From the sequence record PV112478.1: a stretch of 64,000 nucleotides of DNA; one strand, given 5' to 3'. The notes beneath the pieces were generated by a model, which searched no databases, was not told the DNA's origin, and saw only the letters and a list, made by a program, of their open reading frames with translations. Both the position numbers and the translations under genes were made by a program. This document shows, piece after piece, positions 1 through 9,746 of this stretch. Numbering within the stretch: position 1 is the stretch's first letter; each line of letters starts with the position of its first letter.

Positions 1-10
1 TAAACCTCGC

Positions 11-2242
11 TTAAAGGGAAGTCGGTGGATTCAGGACCGCAAATTGATTGTTGGGTAAAGGCATGAAAACTTCTTTGGACCCTAAGTTACAAATAGTACG
101 TCCTACGCGCAGATCGGTGTCCAACGTAGTCATGTCAGCGGTTTCGTCGATCGCCCAAGCGGAACCGGAATATTTATAACTTTGACGAGAGATCACATCG
201 ACAATACTATAAACCAAACCACCGAAGGTAGTAGGCGTAAAGATCAGCGAATCTTTACCATTGACGATAAACCCACCCATGTTCGCAAAAGCGGATGAAC
301 TGAAGGTCACCGAACTCACGTCAACCGTGACGGTCGTAGAGGCTACGGTCACGGACATACTGGTCCCGGATTTCGTACAGGTAACCTGAATAGAGGAACC
401 CGTTAACGCCGCGATTGCAACGTCACTTCCTTTGGTCCAAGTACCGGCGATATACGTACCGAGATAGACCGCACCGTTTTTAAAGAAGATACCGGCGTAA
501 TTGTCATTACCGCTAGTGTCTTGATAGTAACCGAAAATAAACCCAGGTACTGAAGTACCCGTCGCCACATCTACATACCCTTTCTGGGAGTAAGTAGAAG
601 GCGCCGCAATCAACAATGCCGATACTTTATCCGCGGCCTGTAACGGAGAAGTCAACGTACGCAGGGTAGCATCCCACGTTTTGTTAATCCCCGTTGAATA
701 CGTTACCGCCGCATCGAGTAGCCCGCCGGCCGGGAACCCGGTCGTGAGTTTAGCGATATAACTCGGCTGGCAGGAATAATCACGAACGATTACGTTGTTC
801 TTAATAGCCGTCACCACACCTGCGGGATCGACGTATTTCTGAGTGACGGTACCGGCGGCGTTCTCTGCACTTGAGGCAAAGCCGGCATTAACCACGTTTC
901 CTAAGCCTACATCCGCTGCCGTTAAGTTAGTCCCTTGTTCAATCGCTTGGTCGACATAAATTTTCGCAGCATTGGTCCACCAATACGCAATTCCCGCTGG
1001 AGTGGTATAGAGGTTGGCGGCAGTCCCTAAAACGGTTTGGTCGTTCGTTGCCGTTCCGTAGTTCTGAACGTTACCTAACCCGACTTGCGCCGCGGTTACA
1101 CTGTGCGGATTATTTTTATCTAGTAAGTGCGCTGCCAGCGGTTGGTCAGTTGAGTTTGTCAACATCAGGTTGGCCAGATACGGGGTCAGTAAAGTCGTTT
1201 TACTCACACCCGCTAACGCTTCTTCTTCCGTTGCTGTGGTGTAGTTAGGGACATTCCCCAAGCCCACTTGTGCTTTAGTGACGCCATGCGGGTTATTGGT
1301 GTTCGTGGTGTGGAACTCCATGATACCCGGAACCAGCGCGTTTGCCAGAATCCTGCCGCCCGACGGGGTCAGGTACAGGTTATCCGCTACCCCTGCCGAA
1401 GATTCGAGGGTGTTCGCAACACGGTAGTTTTGTACCAGATCTAACCCAACTTGGGCTTTATTCACCTTGTGCGGGTTACTGTCGTCGTTCTCGTGCGCTT
1501 CCAGTAACGGCAAGTAAATTGCCTGGAATTGCTGAGACGTTCTTAAAGACGTCATGTAGTACGTATTATCTGTACCGCCTTCTGCCTGCTCTTTATTCGC
1601 CGGAACCAGATTACCCAGATCGTCAATACCCAAATCGGCCAATGTGATTTTGTGTGGGTTGTTGTGGTCGGCAATGTGTTCTAGCAAAGATTGCATGGCT
1701 TTATTAAAGCCGGCAGATTGTGCATCAGAAAGCGAATAGATCGCAGAAATCACTTCGCTGAAGCCCGTCATGTCATCAACGTCATGACGGTGGGCGATAG
1801 TCGGGAATTCCGTTGGGAGATCAACCACGGCACCCCATTGCAAGGAACGCGGGTCTTGCGCTTTGTTCGCCATGAGCTGGAGAATTTTATTCTCGTCTAA
1901 ACAGAATTCTCCCCCTAGGGTGTGGTATTCAATTTCGATATTGGCGCTGAGTGATTTATCGTTAAAGACAATCGCACCGTAGACCGGTAACTGACTTCCA
2001 GAAACCGTAATTTGGTCGAAACGGAAACCAAAGAAATAATCGACGTCAGGACGTAAGGTGACGCCGGTGGTCGTATTGCGGCAGACAAAGCCGCGACGGA
2101 AAAACGGCGCGTAACGCGGGACAATAAAGTTAAAGTCGGTTCCGTTAGCTGCTGTTATCGTATGAGCCTCACCTGAGATCTGGTTACTTTCATTCTCTTG
2201 GTAAGGATCGAAGTCATATGGGAATACAATTTCGTCGCTCAT
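11..2242 (-). CDS. Tail fibre / virion structural protein with NPH-x-VT-x-AQVGL repeats
   Basis: ORF track starts at 2254, but ATG 2242 follows a GAGGA Shine-Dalgarno. Four full and one partial H-x(3-4)-NPHxVTxAQVGLGNVxNY repeats typical of jumbo-phage fibres; Ser/Thr/Gly-rich beta-type C-terminus. Confidence 0.8.
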   Translation of the reverse strand: MSDEIVFPYDFDPYQENESNQISGEAHTITAANGTDFNFIVPRYAPFFRRGFVCRNTTTGVTLRPDVDYFFGFRFDQITVSGSQLPVYGAIVFNDKSLSANIEIEYHTLGGEFCLDENKILQLMANKAQDPRSLQWGAVVDLPTEFPTIAHRHDVDDMTGFSEVISAIYSLSDAQSAGFNKAMQSLLEHIADHNNPHKITLADLGIDDLGNLVPANKEQAEGGTDNTYYMTSLRTSQQFQAIYLPLLEAHENDDSNPHKVNKAQVGLDLVQNYRVANTLESSAGVADNLYLTPSGGRILANALVPGIMEFHTTNTNNPHGVTKAQVGLGNVPNYTTATEEEALAGVSKTTLLTPYLANLMLTNSTDQPLAAHLLDKNNPHSVTAAQVGLGNVQNYGTATNDQTVLGTAANLYTTPAGIAYWWTNAAKIYVDQAIEQGTNLTAADVGLGNVVNAGFASSAENAAGTVTQKYVDPAGVVTAIKNNVIVRDYSCQPSYIAKLTTGFPAGGLLDAAVTYSTGINKTWDATLRTLTSPLQAADKVSALLIAAPSTYSQKGYVDVATGTSVPGFIFGYYQDTSGNDNYAGIFFKNGAVYLGTYIAGTWTKGSDVAIAALTGSSIQVTCTKSGTSMSVTVASTTVTVDVSSVTFSSSAFANMGGFIVNGKDSLIFTPTTFGGLVYSIVDVISRQSYKYSGSAWAIDETADMTTLDTDLRVGRTICNLGSKEVFMPLPNNQFAVLNPPTSL

Positions 2243-2307
2243 GATTATCCTCAATGTACCATCGGCCGATGGATCAACATACCAATACTCATCAAAAAGG
2301 ACCGGAC

Positions 2308-3552
2308 ATGTATCAGCTTATTCAGGCACAAACACGAACGAAAGGCAGTTTTAATGATTGGGAAGAAAAGGCACTGGGTGAAGTACGACTGATTACCATC
2401 TTCACTTTGTACAGCAATGTTCTGGTTTACCTCTTCGACGCGACTAACGAGAAGAACGGGTGGCTGGATCTCTATAGTCTCCCGGTGTCGGTGCGCGATT
2501 CTGTCGCCACGTTAAATCAATACCTTGAATTAGCATCTGGTCTGACTTTGGTGGAAGACGACCCTCGTGGTCAACGCGGTGACAGTTACGTTCGCTTTCT
2601 GAATGCAATGGCGTACAAGTTCACCTTTAAAGGGACTAACGCTAATTTCAGTACCGACGAAAACCTGTTACCAGATCAACGTATTGACCTTCTGGTGCAA
2701 CGGGACGGGATTACCGATTACAGTACCATTGTTGACCAATCTCTTTGGACAGTCAACGGACTCTGTTTCCGAGCATGGCCGATTGATGGCGAAGGGATTA
2801 CACTGAACCACGCTGGTAAGTTTGCGTCCAAGTTTAACGACTTACGTGTAGGGATTCTGGATTTTAGTTCAATTGGGAAAGTAGAGACTTTCCCAATTTC
2901 GGCGAGTATGATTCAGGGCGGTGGGGAAGCGTTACCATTAGCTAAAGGGTTTTACTTACGTTCTCCGGTGGCGCTGACCGGGAAAACCGTTGGTCTGGTA
3001 GTAGCGGGGAAACTGTATCTTCTCGATAAAGAAGTCTCTGTTACTGGGGAAACCCGTATCCAAGTCCATATGCAGAATATCAACCTGATCAACCACTTTT
3101 TTGAAACGCACCAATATTTGGACTACAGTGACATTCCGCTTTCTAAAGATGAGAATGAAACAGAACAGGTGGTTGCAAATCAGTTCATCACTGACGCAGT
3201 GATCAAAGCGTTTATGACTTCGGTTTATTCTTTCCTGGTAGTGATCGACAGCGTGAACCTCGAGAAAGAATACCTCAGTTTGAAACGGACATTGATTGAC
3301 GGGACTTATCTCTCACCGGGCGAGACTTTACCTGACCTTCCGGCACAGATCGGTAACGGGTATCTGGCGGAGTATACCTTGTGGAAACAAGATGGGTTCT
3401 ACGCACTTCGTCTCCCGCATTCGTTGGTCAGTCGTTGGTTTTACGAAACTATTCCCATGAATGAACGTCAATTGGTTCAGAACCAACGTTACGGGTATAG
3501 ACCGACGTTCTCTTCTGAAGCGCGGTTTCTCTTGATTAAAAAGGTGGCCTGA
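2308..3552 (+). CDS. Conserved hypothetical, probably virion-associated protein
   Basis: Long ORF; likely start ATG 2308 after AAAAGGA; divergent from the tail fibre gene; no catalytic motif recognised. Confidence 0.55.
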   Translation: MYQLIQAQTRTKGSFNDWEEKALGEVRLITIFTLYSNVLVYLFDATNEKNGWLDLYSLPVSVRDSVATLNQYLELASGLTLVEDDPRGQRGDSYVRFLNAMAYKFTFKGTNANFSTDENLLPDQRIDLLVQRDGITDYSTIVDQSLWTVNGLCFRAWPIDGEGITLNHAGKFASKFNDLRVGILDFSSIGKVETFPISASMIQGGGEALPLAKGFYLRSPVALTGKTVGLVVAGKLYLLDKEVSVTGETRIQVHMQNINLINHFFETHQYLDYSDIPLSKDENETEQVVANQFITDAVIKAFMTSVYSFLVVIDSVNLEKEYLSLKRTLIDGTYLSPGETLPDLPAQIGNGYLAEYTLWKQDGFYALRLPHSLVSRWFYETIPMNERQLVQNQRYGYRPTFSSEARFLLIKKVA

Positions 3553-3554
3553 GT

Positions 3555-4154
3555 ATGTGGACTTCATTTTTCAACAACAAGTTAGTTAGGTGGCTTCTGG
3601 TCATTCTCTCTATTTTGCTCTTTATCTACGGTGTATTTAAAGCCGGGGAATACGCACAGAAAAAGATCACTGAAACAATCGCCGACGTCACGAACCAAAT
3701 GACGCAAACCATCCAAAAGAATTTGCAACAGTCGCTTGATGAGCACATGGGCGTGTTACAAAACGAATTGGATAATAACTTGTCTTCAATCAATGGTAAA
3801 TTCGATGAACAACAAAAAGCGATTAAAAATACTCAGTCTAAGCTTGATGGTATTGGTGATGTGTGGTTGCGCGTCGAAAGAGTACGTACCGACCAAAAAC
3901 ACATCGGTAACGCTCAAGGTACCGGAAGTCAAACTCCCGGAAGTTCGGGAGGAAGTGATGGAACCTATTACGCCAAACTTCCAGCTGAGAATGTGCAATT
4001 TCTTAAAGGGGAAGCCTTTAGAGCAGATCAATGCGCCGTGCGATTAAACGCTGCGCAGCAGGTCATCGTTCAGTATAAAGGGGCGTTTGTAAAATACCAG
4101 GAACTCGTGGAAGTTTACCTTAACGCCGCCCAACTTGATGGTAAGACAAAATAA
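3555..4154 (+). CDS. Rz: Inner-membrane spanin (Rz-like)
   Basis: Single N-terminal TM helix (LVRWLLVILSILLFIYGVF), long Q/N/K-rich coiled coil, one C-terminal Cys, and a nested lipoprotein ORF in the +1 frame. Confidence 0.75.
   Translation: MWTSFFNNKLVRWLLVILSILLFIYGVFKAGEYAQKKITETIADVTNQMTQTIQKNLQQSLDEHMGVLQNELDNNLSSINGKFDEQQKAIKNTQSKLDGIGDVWLRVERVRTDQKHIGNAQGTGSQTPGSSGGSDGTYYAKLPAENVQFLKGEAFRADQCAVRLNAAQQVIVQYKGAFVKYQELVEVYLNAAQLDGKTK
3805..4047 (+). CDS. Rz1: Outer-membrane lipoprotein spanin (Rz1-like), embedded in Rz
   Basis: MNNKKRLKILSLSLMVLVMCG-C: basic n-region, hydrophobic h-region, lipobox-like MCGC; Pro-rich mature part with C-terminal Cys residues; entirely inside the Rz-like gene. 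Confidence 0.75.
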   Translation: MNNKKRLKILSLSLMVLVMCGCASKEYVPTKNTSVTLKVPEVKLPEVREEVMEPITPNFQLRMCNFLKGKPLEQINAPCD

Positions 4155-4157
4155 AAT

Positions 4158-4186
4158 AAAGGTAGAGGGTCAAACCCTCTACCTTT
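4158..4186. terminator. Bidirectional intrinsic terminator
   Basis: AAAGGTAGAGGG-tcaaa-CCCTCTACCTTT between convergent genes, with A/T tracts on both sides. Confidence 0.8.
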
Positions 4187-4192
4187 TATATT

Positions 4193-4789
4193 TTATCGTC
4201 TGCTACGTAACGCGGTGATAACGTCTGCTACTACACTGCTGTTGATCTTATCGCCTACCACTGCCGAAAGGATATCTCGGCGCTCTCGGTTAATGATGCC
4301 CATGTAATACCACGTCACCATCATCGTCGGTAAGATAATGATCCCTGCTAACGTCGCCGAGGGGAGTTCTTTTCTATCGATACACACCACGGCCACTACT
4401 GAGGTGAAGATCAAAATAGTGAAGGCCAGTACCATTGCGAACATAGCACCAACCAAACGCCGTGACCTGACTTCGTATTTATCCGGTTTAGCGATCGCAC
4501 CAATCACTTCTGGATGAATACCGGGTACCGTCTTATCTGTTTGGTCATTAACAGGCTCTTCTTTTCCTTGTTCCGGTAAAGGTGCGATTTCCATTTCTAA
4601 CCATATTGTCTTGTTATCGTCATCGGGATGACTGTCCAGGTATTCCCGCAGGTCTTTCACGGTGGCGGTTTCTGGGTGAATAGCGGGCGCAAAAAGATGC
4701 GCGCGATCCGCAAGCGAGATACCATCCTTATCAACGTAATTACCCAGGACGGTATCGTCAGGGAGTGACAGGAGTTCATTTAATGTCAT
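4193..4789 (-). CDS. Two-TM membrane protein, holin candidate
   Basis: Acidic soluble N-terminal half, then two TM helices (LVGAMFAMVLAFTILIFTSVVAVVCI; TLAGIIILPTMMVTWYYMGII), basic C-terminus; next to the spanins. Confidence 0.4.
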   Translation of the reverse strand: MTLNELLSLPDDTVLGNYVDKDGISLADRAHLFAPAIHPETATVKDLREYLDSHPDDDNKTIWLEMEIAPLPEQGKEEPVNDQTDKTVPGIHPEVIGAIAKPDKYEVRSRRLVGAMFAMVLAFTILIFTSVVAVVCIDRKELPSATLAGIIILPTMMVTWYYMGIINRERRDILSAVVGDKINSSVVADVITALRSRR

Positions 4790-5406
4790 TGATAGACCTC
4801 ATCATAACTTGCCATCAGTTGAAGAAAGACCTCGGACAACGGACGGGTGGCATCAATGAGAGCGACCTTTCCGTTAGCCTCTGGCGCAAGGTCATTCAAA
4901 ACCGTTAAGTAACGGTCACGGTAGAAATCAAATTGGGTCGCCAATTCTTCTTCGATGACATCTTTTTTGCGACGCCCTAACCGAGCAACGTGGGTGGCGT
5001 AATCGATATCCAAGAAAAAGATTGAGTGGTGGTGATCGAAGAGTCCTAATCCTTCGTGGAGATTGAAAATCCAATCCCATTCTTCTTTCGGGCTATAGGC
5101 GAAAGTCGAAGGCCATGAGCGGTCAAGAATAACGGTATGTCCACCCTCCAGAGCAAAGTTAACTTGACTGTCGAAGATCTCTTTACGTGCCGAGACGAAC
5201 AACAGAGCACGAGCAGCGGGGGAAGACGGGCGATCTGACGACTGTGTTAATTCGCGGATTTTTTCTGCAGGGACATTGCCGCCAGGCTCACGAAACACCA
5301 CGACAGATTCACCACGTTCTTTCAACGCCTGTCGGAGTAATGAGACTGCTTCTGTTTTCCCTGCGCCATCGAGTCCTTCAATGATCAATAGTTTTGCTCT
5401 TGCCAT
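4786..5406 (-). CDS. tmk: Thymidylate kinase
   Basis: P-loop IIEGLDGAGKT, FREPGG, LLFVSAR and ILDRSWPS motifs. Confidence 0.92.
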   Translation of the reverse strand: MARAKLLIIEGLDGAGKTEAVSLLRQALKERGESVVVFREPGGNVPAEKIRELTQSSDRPSSPAARALLFVSARKEIFDSQVNFALEGGHTVILDRSWPSTFAYSPKEEWDWIFNLHEGLGLFDHHHSIFFLDIDYATHVARLGRRKKDVIEEELATQFDFYRDRYLTVLNDLAPEANGKVALIDATRPLSEVFLQLMASYDEVYQ

Positions 5407-5416
5407 GTTTACCTTC

Positions 5417-5998
5417 TTAAATTATACCCGTTAATTCCCGTTTCCATTTAAGGAACAACCAATACCCGATGGCGATTGAATCGATGCTGTGTTCATCGAG
5501 TTCATCGATATCTATTTCGCTATCAACATACAACGTCTTTTCTGCAATCAATTTTTTCACCGCTTTACGAACGGCTTCTTTGTCCCCGCCTTTACCTGGT
5601 GCACCAACCGCCTTTTTTGCCGTGGGTGGATCAACTAAAAATAACGGTAATGTATTTTTAAAATCCCAGACTGCCTCACGGGCCATCACAATCCCTTCTA
5701 CCAGAGACTGGAAAGCAGAGACAAATTTCAATTTCATGAACGCCGATTCGCAAGAGACTAAGACAGGGTTAAAGTAATGCAAACGTTCGATAAGGAACTC
5801 TCTGCACTTTGCATGTCGCGCACCTCGGTCCCCTAAGACCAATTCCGGACTAACGTCAGTTAAGAAGCGATCAGCGTGGAAAGTCTCAGCGTGACGGAGG
5901 TAAACTTTCCCGGTATCGAGATCGTAATCTAAAATCGAAATCCCAAAACAACGACTCCCTGGGTCAATACCCATGATTCTAAAAAATTGGTCATTCAT
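5417..5998 (-). CDS. ruvC: Holliday junction resolvase, RuvC-like
   Basis: IMGIDPGS start motif, CESAF catalytic Glu, KKAVG..GG.KEAV, and DEHSIDSIAIG. Confidence 0.9.
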   Translation of the reverse strand: MNDQFFRIMGIDPGSRCFGISILDYDLDTGKVYLRHAETFHADRFLTDVSPELVLGDRGARHAKCREFLIERLHYFNPVLVSCESAFMKLKFVSAFQSLVEGIVMAREAVWDFKNTLPLFLVDPPTAKKAVGAPGKGGDKEAVRKAVKKLIAEKTLYVDSEIDIDELDEHSIDSIAIGYWLFLKWKRELTGII

Positions 5999-6045
5999 TG
6001 TCGTTCCTTAACACTATTTCAAAATAAATACATGGTCTATAAAAT

Positions 6046-6073
6046 AAGAAAGGGGACCGAAGCCCCCTTTCTT
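6046..6073. terminator. Intrinsic terminator (TTCG loop on - strand)
   Basis: AAGAAAGGGG...CCCCTTTCTT stem downstream of the 6081..7226 gene. Confidence 0.75.
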
Positions 6074-6080
6074 TTGTCTG

Positions 6081-7226
6081 TTATTCTTCGGTTTCGATAT
6101 CGTAACGCAGTGAAGCCTGACCGACAACAAACGACACCGTAGACGGCGTCACATTGACTGTCTCTGTCCAGCCATGAATAGACCGTTTACGCGTGATCGA
6201 GGTGACTCTGGCGTTAGTGAACGCGGTGGTCAGTTTCGCTTTGTTCGCTTCGGTATTCATTGTAGCCCAGTTTGCGGCAATCATGTTCACAATTGCTTTA
6301 ACCAGACTAGCGTCCGTGATTTCACTACCTACACGGAACTGCTGAATCGCATTCTGATAATCCGAGAAATCCAGAGGGCGAGTCAAGACCAAGGCCGAGT
6401 AACGATTGGTACCGACACCAGTCGGATAATCAAATCCTACCAACGCACCCGTGCGCAGGCTGCTCAGGTCAATCACCGGCGGGTATTCCAAGCCATTGAG
6501 TTCGGAAGTGAAATTATTTAGAGCGATGTCACTTGGGTACTCAAGGCCATTAAGTTCTGTAACCGTGATTAACGTATTGAGGTCCTGACTTCCTGGGTAC
6601 TCCAGACCGTTCAGATCGGTTTCAACGATCACCTTGTCAAGATCAAAGATCGACGGGTAGTATAACCCTTCCATCGCCGTCTGACGAATTGACCACGTAA
6701 TACCCGAGAAACTATTGCCTTTGAAGGCATCCAGATTATCGGTAATAATGCTGCTGAGAGAAGTTTTCGTATTACGGAGGTAAAACTCGACAGAACCTGT
6801 CCAACTCCAGCTGGTTTCTGCAATCGGCCACGAGATGAAGATTTCTTCATCTCCGGCATCAGTGTTCAGATCCAACAAGCCGGCGGCGAAATCGCTGTCC
6901 TCAAATGGTGGTAGACCATACGTTTCACAGAGCGACGCGAGAATTTTCCGGTTATTTAATCCTGAGCCTGCCTGAACGTGTAATTCAATCCCTTTGAACA
7001 ACGTTTGGAAGTTACGTTTAAACAACGAGATATCATCGCGGACACCGTAATACTTGCCTGAGGTGTCTTTAACGATGAACTTCTGACGTGCCTCGAAACC
7101 ATCGTATTCGCCCCTTTCGATCGATAACGTATCAACCGTGAACGCTGCGCCGTGATCCGCGTTAGCTTTGTTGATGAGGCCAACAATTTCAGCTTCAATC
7201 GTAGGGTAACCAAAAACGGTACTCAT
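6081..7226 (-). CDS. Virion structural protein with LNGLEYP repeats
   Basis: Five ~18-20 aa repeats ending in LxG(L/F)xYP; lies in a structural gene cluster. Confidence 0.6.
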   Translation of the reverse strand: MSTVFGYPTIEAEIVGLINKANADHGAAFTVDTLSIERGEYDGFEARQKFIVKDTSGKYYGVRDDISLFKRNFQTLFKGIELHVQAGSGLNNRKILASLCETYGLPPFEDSDFAAGLLDLNTDAGDEEIFISWPIAETSWSWTGSVEFYLRNTKTSLSSIITDNLDAFKGNSFSGITWSIRQTAMEGLYYPSIFDLDKVIVETDLNGLEYPGSQDLNTLITVTELNGLEYPSDIALNNFTSELNGLEYPPVIDLSSLRTGALVGFDYPTGVGTNRYSALVLTRPLDFSDYQNAIQQFRVGSEITDASLVKAIVNMIAANWATMNTEANKAKLTTAFTNARVTSITRKRSIHGWTETVNVTPSTVSFVVGQASLRYDIETEE

Positions 7227-7239
7227 TGGTCACCTCCTG

Positions 7240-8157
7240 TTAAGCCAGTGAACGGATAGTGGCCGTAATGCTGGAAGTTGTAGACAGGGTCGCTACACTA
7301 TTTGAGGTCAGCATCGGTTCGTTAGCGCCCATTTCCAGCGTGATCACAAAGCCTTGGTTATCGAAGGACAGCTGGCGATACGTCGACAGCCAGGTCAATA
7401 CCTGGGCGTAGATCGCTTCATTCATGTTGATTTGCGCGCCGCCCGGACCCACCGCTTGTACGGTGCGCTGGATAGCGGAAACCAAACCGATCTCCGAGAT
7501 AATCGCACGCTTCTGTGAACCGTAGAGAATGCTGGCGACATTATTCAGTTCTGCAACATCGTTCTCGTCGAAAGGTACGTCAACTTCCATACTGGCAGTC
7601 AGGTACTCAGAGTTCGTTGTGGTCGCCTGGGCAGAGGTCAGCGTTGGGCGAGTCGGGAACAGGTTCGATGAGTTCGGGACAAATTCGGTAGTGGTTGCTT
7701 CCCCGTCCACTACAACGGTATGGCGCAAGGTCGGTTTCGCAGCAGAGAGATCAACCTTTTTCAAATAGTAAGAAAAGTAGTTTACGCCGTTCAAATTCTC
7801 TAATTTACGGAGACCGTAGTTCGCCCGTTCAGCAACAGAGAGATCATTGGTTTCCAGACGCATGACAAATGGGATCATGTTGAACGGCCCAAAGTCGGCG
7901 GCGGTGTGTTGCGCAGGTTCGATAATGATTTCGTTATCGGCGGTCGGGACGTTATAATGTCCTTTATCACCGATACAGTAGTAAGCAAACGTAGGACGAT
8001 CAGTGGTAGCAATTTGGGCATCGCTATTTACCGCGAGTCTTTCGTTTAGCGTGGTGTACTTTAATGCAGTCAACGGCAGGCCCGCTAACAGATGGGTCTG
8101 GAGCAGTCCGCTTAACGCCGTCCGGGCGATGAGATTCGTATTTGTGCTGGCACTCAT
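7240..8157 (-). CDS. Virion structural protein (tail/baseplate associated)
   Basis: 305 aa beta-rich ORF with an IISEIGLV motif reminiscent of tail-collar/baseplate proteins; cluster context. Confidence 0.5.
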   Translation of the reverse strand: MSASTNTNLIARTALSGLLQTHLLAGLPLTALKYTTLNERLAVNSDAQIATTDRPTFAYYCIGDKGHYNVPTADNEIIIEPAQHTAADFGPFNMIPFVMRLETNDLSVAERANYGLRKLENLNGVNYFSYYLKKVDLSAAKPTLRHTVVVDGEATTTEFVPNSSNLFPTRPTLTSAQATTTNSEYLTASMEVDVPFDENDVAELNNVASILYGSQKRAIISEIGLVSAIQRTVQAVGPGGAQINMNEAIYAQVLTWLSTYRQLSFDNQGFVITLEMGANEPMLTSNSVATLSTTSSITATIRSLA

Positions 8158-8220
8158 GTTTAAGTCCTATGCGAAAAATTCAATCGAGAAGAAGGTACGC
8201 CGACTCAGGACGGCGAATGT

Positions 8221-8257
8221 CATAAAAAGCGAAGGAGAGCGCTTAGCGCTCTCCTTC
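8221..8257 (-). terminator. Hairpin terminator followed by TTTTTATG
   Basis: 12-bp stem GAAGGAGAGCGC/GCGCTCTCCTTC, T-tract, then TATG on the - strand. Confidence 0.75.
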
Positions 8258-8273
8258 CGTATCTTTTTCTTAT

Positions 8274-8810
8274 TTAGCTACCAAAGCCATCCTGAGTATC
8301 AGGGATGTTGGTGGTGTTCATTCGCGTTTCAGCGGCAGTGATGGTCAGAGTGATCGTACCGAAAAGAGTCAGGTGGTTTTCAGCCATCGTCACTTTAACG
8401 GAAACGGTACTATCTTCATTGGTCACCGGCGCGTCGACGACAATGTCACTCGCTACCATTGAAGAGGAAAACTTATCGACCAGGTACGCTAACGCACTGG
8501 CGGCGGCATCAGCTTCGTCCCAATTAGCCAGGTCATCAGTGATCGCCTTTTCAATAGCGTAACCCGCGATATCTTTACGGAGGTAATACACCGTTTTCGC
8601 TTCACCGTAAACCAGCGTTGAACTGGCCACCGGGGTTAACAGTACTGATGTGTTCGCGCCATCTTCACGTCCAGAAACGGCGGTGATATTGGACGCGGTC
8701 AAATCGGCGTCAGTGAATGCTTCACCGTCAGGGAGAGCGGTAGTTGATTTAGTCAATAAATCATAGAAGGCCGCTTTGGGGGTTTTCGTTAAATCTAATG
8801 AGACCGCCAT
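8274..8810 (-). CDS. Virion structural protein
   Basis: 178 aa, Ala/Thr-rich, GAGGA SD; N-terminal half resembles the neighbouring 8830..9684 protein (..NTSV.L.....S...YGE....YxR.DI). Confidence 0.55.
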   Translation of the reverse strand: MAVSLDLTKTPKAAFYDLLTKSTTALPDGEAFTDADLTASNITAVSGREDGANTSVLLTPVASSTLVYGEAKTVYYLRKDIAGYAIEKAITDDLANWDEADAAASALAYLVDKFSSSMVASDIVVDAPVTNEDSTVSVKVTMAENHLTLFGTITLTITAAETRMNTTNIPDTQDGFGS

Positions 8811-8829
8811 CGTCTATTTTCCTCTTTGA

Positions 8830-9684
8830 TCAACTTAAATTGTAGTGCAGAATTAAATGTCCTGCAACATTAGTACATAAGGTACTGTCTAAATGGATCA
8901 CGACGCAACGCTCGTAGTTAGTGTTGACGTAAACGGGAGCAGAGGTTGTTAGTCCGTTAAAGTACACGGTGGCGCCAGCCATGTTCCATGCGGCGGGTGT
9001 TGGGGTATTAATCCAGGCTTCTGGAGACTTACGGTTGAGGATAGTGAGGAGTTCCCCCTCGATCAAATCACCGTAACCAAACCGCTGCATGTTATCGGCG
9101 TCGTAAGTGTAATCCTGAGCATAGAGGTAGAGCGGGCCCTGAATCTTCACCGACTGGTTTGTCGGGTAAGCCAAACCGTCGAGGTCTTTGTTCCGAATAA
9201 CCGTATCGATGGCCTTTTTCGGATCGCCGATGTTGACTTCCAGAATCCCCGTAAACGCCGGACAGGTTGGGCGAATACGAATCTGGGTCACGGTCGGAAC
9301 AATACTGAGGTTGAGTACTTCGTCGTAAATATCTTCTGCGGCTAATTGAAAACCAAAGTTAAGATTGATCTCCGCTAACAGATCGGATTTCTTAAACTTG
9401 TTGCTGGCAGAGACATAAACGTCAACTTCAGCAAAGATTTCAGCGATATCTGGACGGTTCCAGGTCAGGGCAATTTCCCCTTCGCGGCCCATCCCTAAGA
9501 TCGCAACAAGTTTACCCGCGGTGTTGCGCTTGGGATCCCCGTTTGTATTTTCGGTAAAATTGGTCAGGCGGACCTGATCTTGCGTAAAGTCGCTTTCTGG
9601 GTTCGCTTCTTTGATCAAATCAAAGACGAGTTCGTCGGTGGGTTTATTGTAGTAACCGTTCGGTGTGGCCATTATAGACTCCAA
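8830..9684 (-). CDS. Virion structural protein
   Basis: 284 aa; contains LDGLAYP motif shared with 6081..7226; cluster context. Confidence 0.55.
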   Translation of the reverse strand: MESIMATPNGYYNKPTDELVFDLIKEANPESDFTQDQVRLTNFTENTNGDPKRNTAGKLVAILGMGREGEIALTWNRPDIAEIFAEVDVYVSASNKFKKSDLLAEINLNFGFQLAAEDIYDEVLNLSIVPTVTQIRIRPTCPAFTGILEVNIGDPKKAIDTVIRNKDLDGLAYPTNQSVKIQGPLYLYAQDYTYDADNMQRFGYGDLIEGELLTILNRKSPEAWINTPTPAAWNMAGATVYFNGLTTSAPVYVNTNYERCVVIHLDSTLCTNVAGHLILHYNLS

Positions 9685-9700
9685 GTGAAAACTGTTATGT

Positions 9701-9730
9701 CATAACAAAAAAGGCGGTGACCCGCCTTTT
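9701..9730 (-). terminator. Hairpin terminator followed by TTGTTATG
   Basis: AAAAGGCGG-gtca-CCGCCTTTT then TTGTTATGAC on the - strand. Confidence 0.7.
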
Positions 9731-9746
9731 CCGTAGCACAATCTTT

